Assembly: GCF_036971445.1 (NCBI RefSeq)
Contig: NC_091470.1
Coordinates: 278,070,001 to 278,134,000 of the forward strand
Length of the DNA: 64,000 nucleotides
Direction: 5' to 3'
Source of the DNA: Narcine bancroftii
Lineage: Eukaryota
Below the pieces are notes generated by a model. That model saw only the letters and a list, made by a program, of their open reading frames with translations, ran no database searches and was not told the DNA's origin. The position numbers were made by a program, and so were the translations under genes. Shown in pieces: positions 61,400 to 64,000 of this stretch (positions are counted from its first letter, which is position 1; every line of letters starts with the position of its first letter).

Positions 61400-64000
61400 C
61401 TTCAGCTCTTATTCTTCAGCTCCTCTCAAAGAATTGCTTGGTTGTGAGTTGACCCAGCAATGTGGATCGACAAAGCTTGGCAGGAGGTTGGAGCCAGCCA
61501 CCAAAGAAGCAGCAGCTTCAACTACTAACCAAGAAGAAGACTCTGATAAGGCACTGCAGACCTCTTTAGCTGACTTAAAGGCTAGTGGAACTGGAACAAG
61601 TGAAAGTACATTGCAAAGTCCCATTGGTGCTGTACTGAGCAAAATGCAGAAGACAGAGACTAAATCAGTGGTATCTGAAAGTTCAGATGTGAATCCTGAT
61701 TATAGTATTTCCAAGGTTATGAGTGAAGGAAGATCTTCAAAGTCTTCAGACATCTAGAACAAATGCATCTTTGAATGCTTCAAGAATATCAGCCATGCAT
61801 GTTAAGGCATAAGCAGACTTGTGCACAACAACAGTGGTCAAAGAAAAGGTATGTTTAGAAGGTATGGAAGCTGAAATGAAGAATCAGCAACTAAAGCAAG
61901 AAGCTGAACTCAGGAATCAGCAACTGAGGTTACAAATGGCTAGTGAAGAACAAAAAAGATTATTGAAGAGAGAAAAGAAAAGACTAGACCTTAAGGAACA
62001 ATGTGCTATGAATATGGCCAAAGTAAAAGCTTTAGTTCAGGTTTCTACAAGATCTATCACTCAAAATGAAATACCCAAAGGGTGAGCACCTAACATTCCA
62101 GCAAATCAATGGGTACTTCAGCCACGAGAAACAACTATACTCGAACAAGGAGCCACGGGTGTCACTGCTAGTGCTCAAATGACAATGACCAACCCTATGG
62201 AAAGAGTAAGCGACATTCAGTCTCTTCAGTGTTCACAATATATGAATCTTCCCAAAAGGAGAGTATTTCAAAAAAGTTCAACTATGTGAGTTGATCATAC
62301 TCAACCATTGATGTCTTTTTATGTTGCTGGAGAACCAGCAACAAGTCAAGGATCTCCACCAATGCCATCACTTACATACCAAGGATCCCCATCAATGCCA
62401 TCACTTACATACCAAGGATCTCCACCAATGCCATCACTTACATACCAAGGATCCCCATCAATGCCATCACTTACATACCAAGGATCCCCATCAATGCCAT
62501 CACTTACATACCAAGGATCCCCATCAATGCCATCACTTACATACCAAGGATATCCACCAATGCCATCACTTACATACCAAGGATCCCCATCAATGCCATC
62601 ACTTACATACCAAGGATCCCCATCAATGCCATCACTTACATACCAAGGATCCCCATCAATGCCATCACTTACATACCAAGGATCCCCATCAATGCCATCA
62701 CTTACATACCAAGGATCCCCATCAATGCCATCACTTACATACCAAGGATCTCCACCAATGCCATCACTTACATACCAAGGATCCCCATCAATGCCATCAC
62801 TTACATACCAAGGATCCCCATCAATGCCATCACTTACATACCAAGGATCTCCACCAATGCCATCATTTACACCTATGACATCACTTCATATTGAGGTACA
62901 TTTTCTCAATTCACCTTACGACAACCAGTCACATGCCATATTGGACATGACAATATGATATCATTCATAGCAAAACAAAATGAAATCTCTGTTATGTTAG
63001 TGCAGCAACAAGGTTTATATGGTTTACCTAAGAAGGAAATTCCAGTTTTTAATGGAGATCCATTGCAATATCCAACATTCATGAAATCCTTTGAACATCA
63101 CATTGAAAGTAATACTAAAAACACATAAGGTCATCTGTATTACCTGGAACAGTAGAGTGGGGGACAGGTGAAAGAGTTAGTCAAAAGTTGCCAATATATG
63201 GATGGAGAACAAGGCTTTAAAAGGGCAAAGAATTATTACATCATCATTATGGCAATGAACATAAAATCGCAAGGGACCACGTAGACAAGATTTTCTCTTG
63301 GTCATCTATAAAATCAGAGGCCACAAAGGCTTTACAAGTATATGCATTCTTTCTGAGAAGATGTAGTAATGCAATGGGAAGTGGTATACATTTGCAAGAG
63401 CTGAATTTGCTTGATAATTTGTTGATTATTGTAAATAAATTACCTTATACAGAGAACCAAAGTTGCAGAGCTTAAGATGCTTCCCAGAATGGACAACACT
63501 TTTGTGGATGTTGTACGATTTTTGGAATTGCATGTATATGTTTACACCATGCCAGCATTTGGAAATATTAAGGTTACTTCAATAGTTCCTAAAGATGTAA
63601 AGTCTAAATCATCGTCTCAACAGAAACCAAAGGGAAGTACCTTTGTTACTGCTGTGTCCGATACAAGCACAAGAAAGAACAAGGAAACAAAGAAAAATAA
63701 AGTTCAGACTGTTCAGGAAAGCTGTTTGTATTGCAAAGTTAAGCATGCTTTAGAAAGATGTTCACGATTGGAGAAAAAGTCAGACAACAAGAAATTAACC
63801 TTTTTATAGAAGAATGGAATATATTTTGGTTGCTTGTGTAAAGGACACATCAGCAAAACTTTCAATATGCAGTTGTGATATATGCAGTTTAAAGCATCCA
63901 AAATTACGACATACTCAACGAATTAAAGTTGAGAAGGATATCAAACAATCTGGATTCAAGACTAAAGACACAGTCAGAGAGGAGCCTCAGCTTCAATTTA
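61400..64000 (+). mobile_element. BEL/Pao LTR retrotransposon gag, decayed, runs off the window
   Basis: EIPVFNGDPLQYPTFMKSFEHHIE...LYYLEQ*...YGNEHKIA (63035-63270); knuckles CLYCKVKHALERC and FGCLCKGH; multiple stops. Confidence 0.8.
62347..62871 (+). repeat. 33-bp minisatellite, about 16 copies
   Basis: Unit CAAGGATC(C/T)CCA(T/C)CAATGCCATCACTTACATAC (QGSPSMPSLTY). Confidence 0.97.

Noticed and set aside
62308-62958. ORFs resembling the Pol II CTD (SP..Y repeat) or a His/Cys metal-binding repeat; also a CRISPR-like look
   Set aside because: Both ORFs are translations of one 33-bp tandem repeat in a decayed gag. There are no unique spacers and the DNA is eukaryotic.

Overview
Vertebrate genomic DNA, inferred to be from a cartilaginous fish (shark or ray) on the basis of V-gene style and the CR1/L1/RTE/Penelope/Gypsy repeat mix. 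The window holds the V-segment part of a T-cell receptor locus, best read as TCR gamma. There are five intact, same-strand V segments, each with a leader exon, a short phase-1 intron, a V exon and a heptamer-23bp-nonamer RSS: V1 7757-8196, V2 17072-17503, V3 27157-27564, V4 28750-29185 (absent from the ORF track) and V5 51584-52019. No J or C segment was found. Most of the remaining sequence is transposon-derived: Gypsy LTR elements, two ERV relics, a BEL/Pao gag, L1, RTE, CR1, Penelope fragments and MITEs, including a Gypsy>L1>(L1, RTE) nest with readable TSDs. Two observations stand out. (1) V2 and V5 are near-identical paralogs, including the intron, RSS and flank, except for one hyper-divergent 23-codon patch in FR3 covering the HV4 loop. 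(2) An antisense, near full-length but sequence-divergent 7SL/SRP RNA-like element with apparently compensatory base changes lies about 500 bp upstream of V2. All alignments and counts were done by eye. Family assignments rest on remembered motifs, not database searches.
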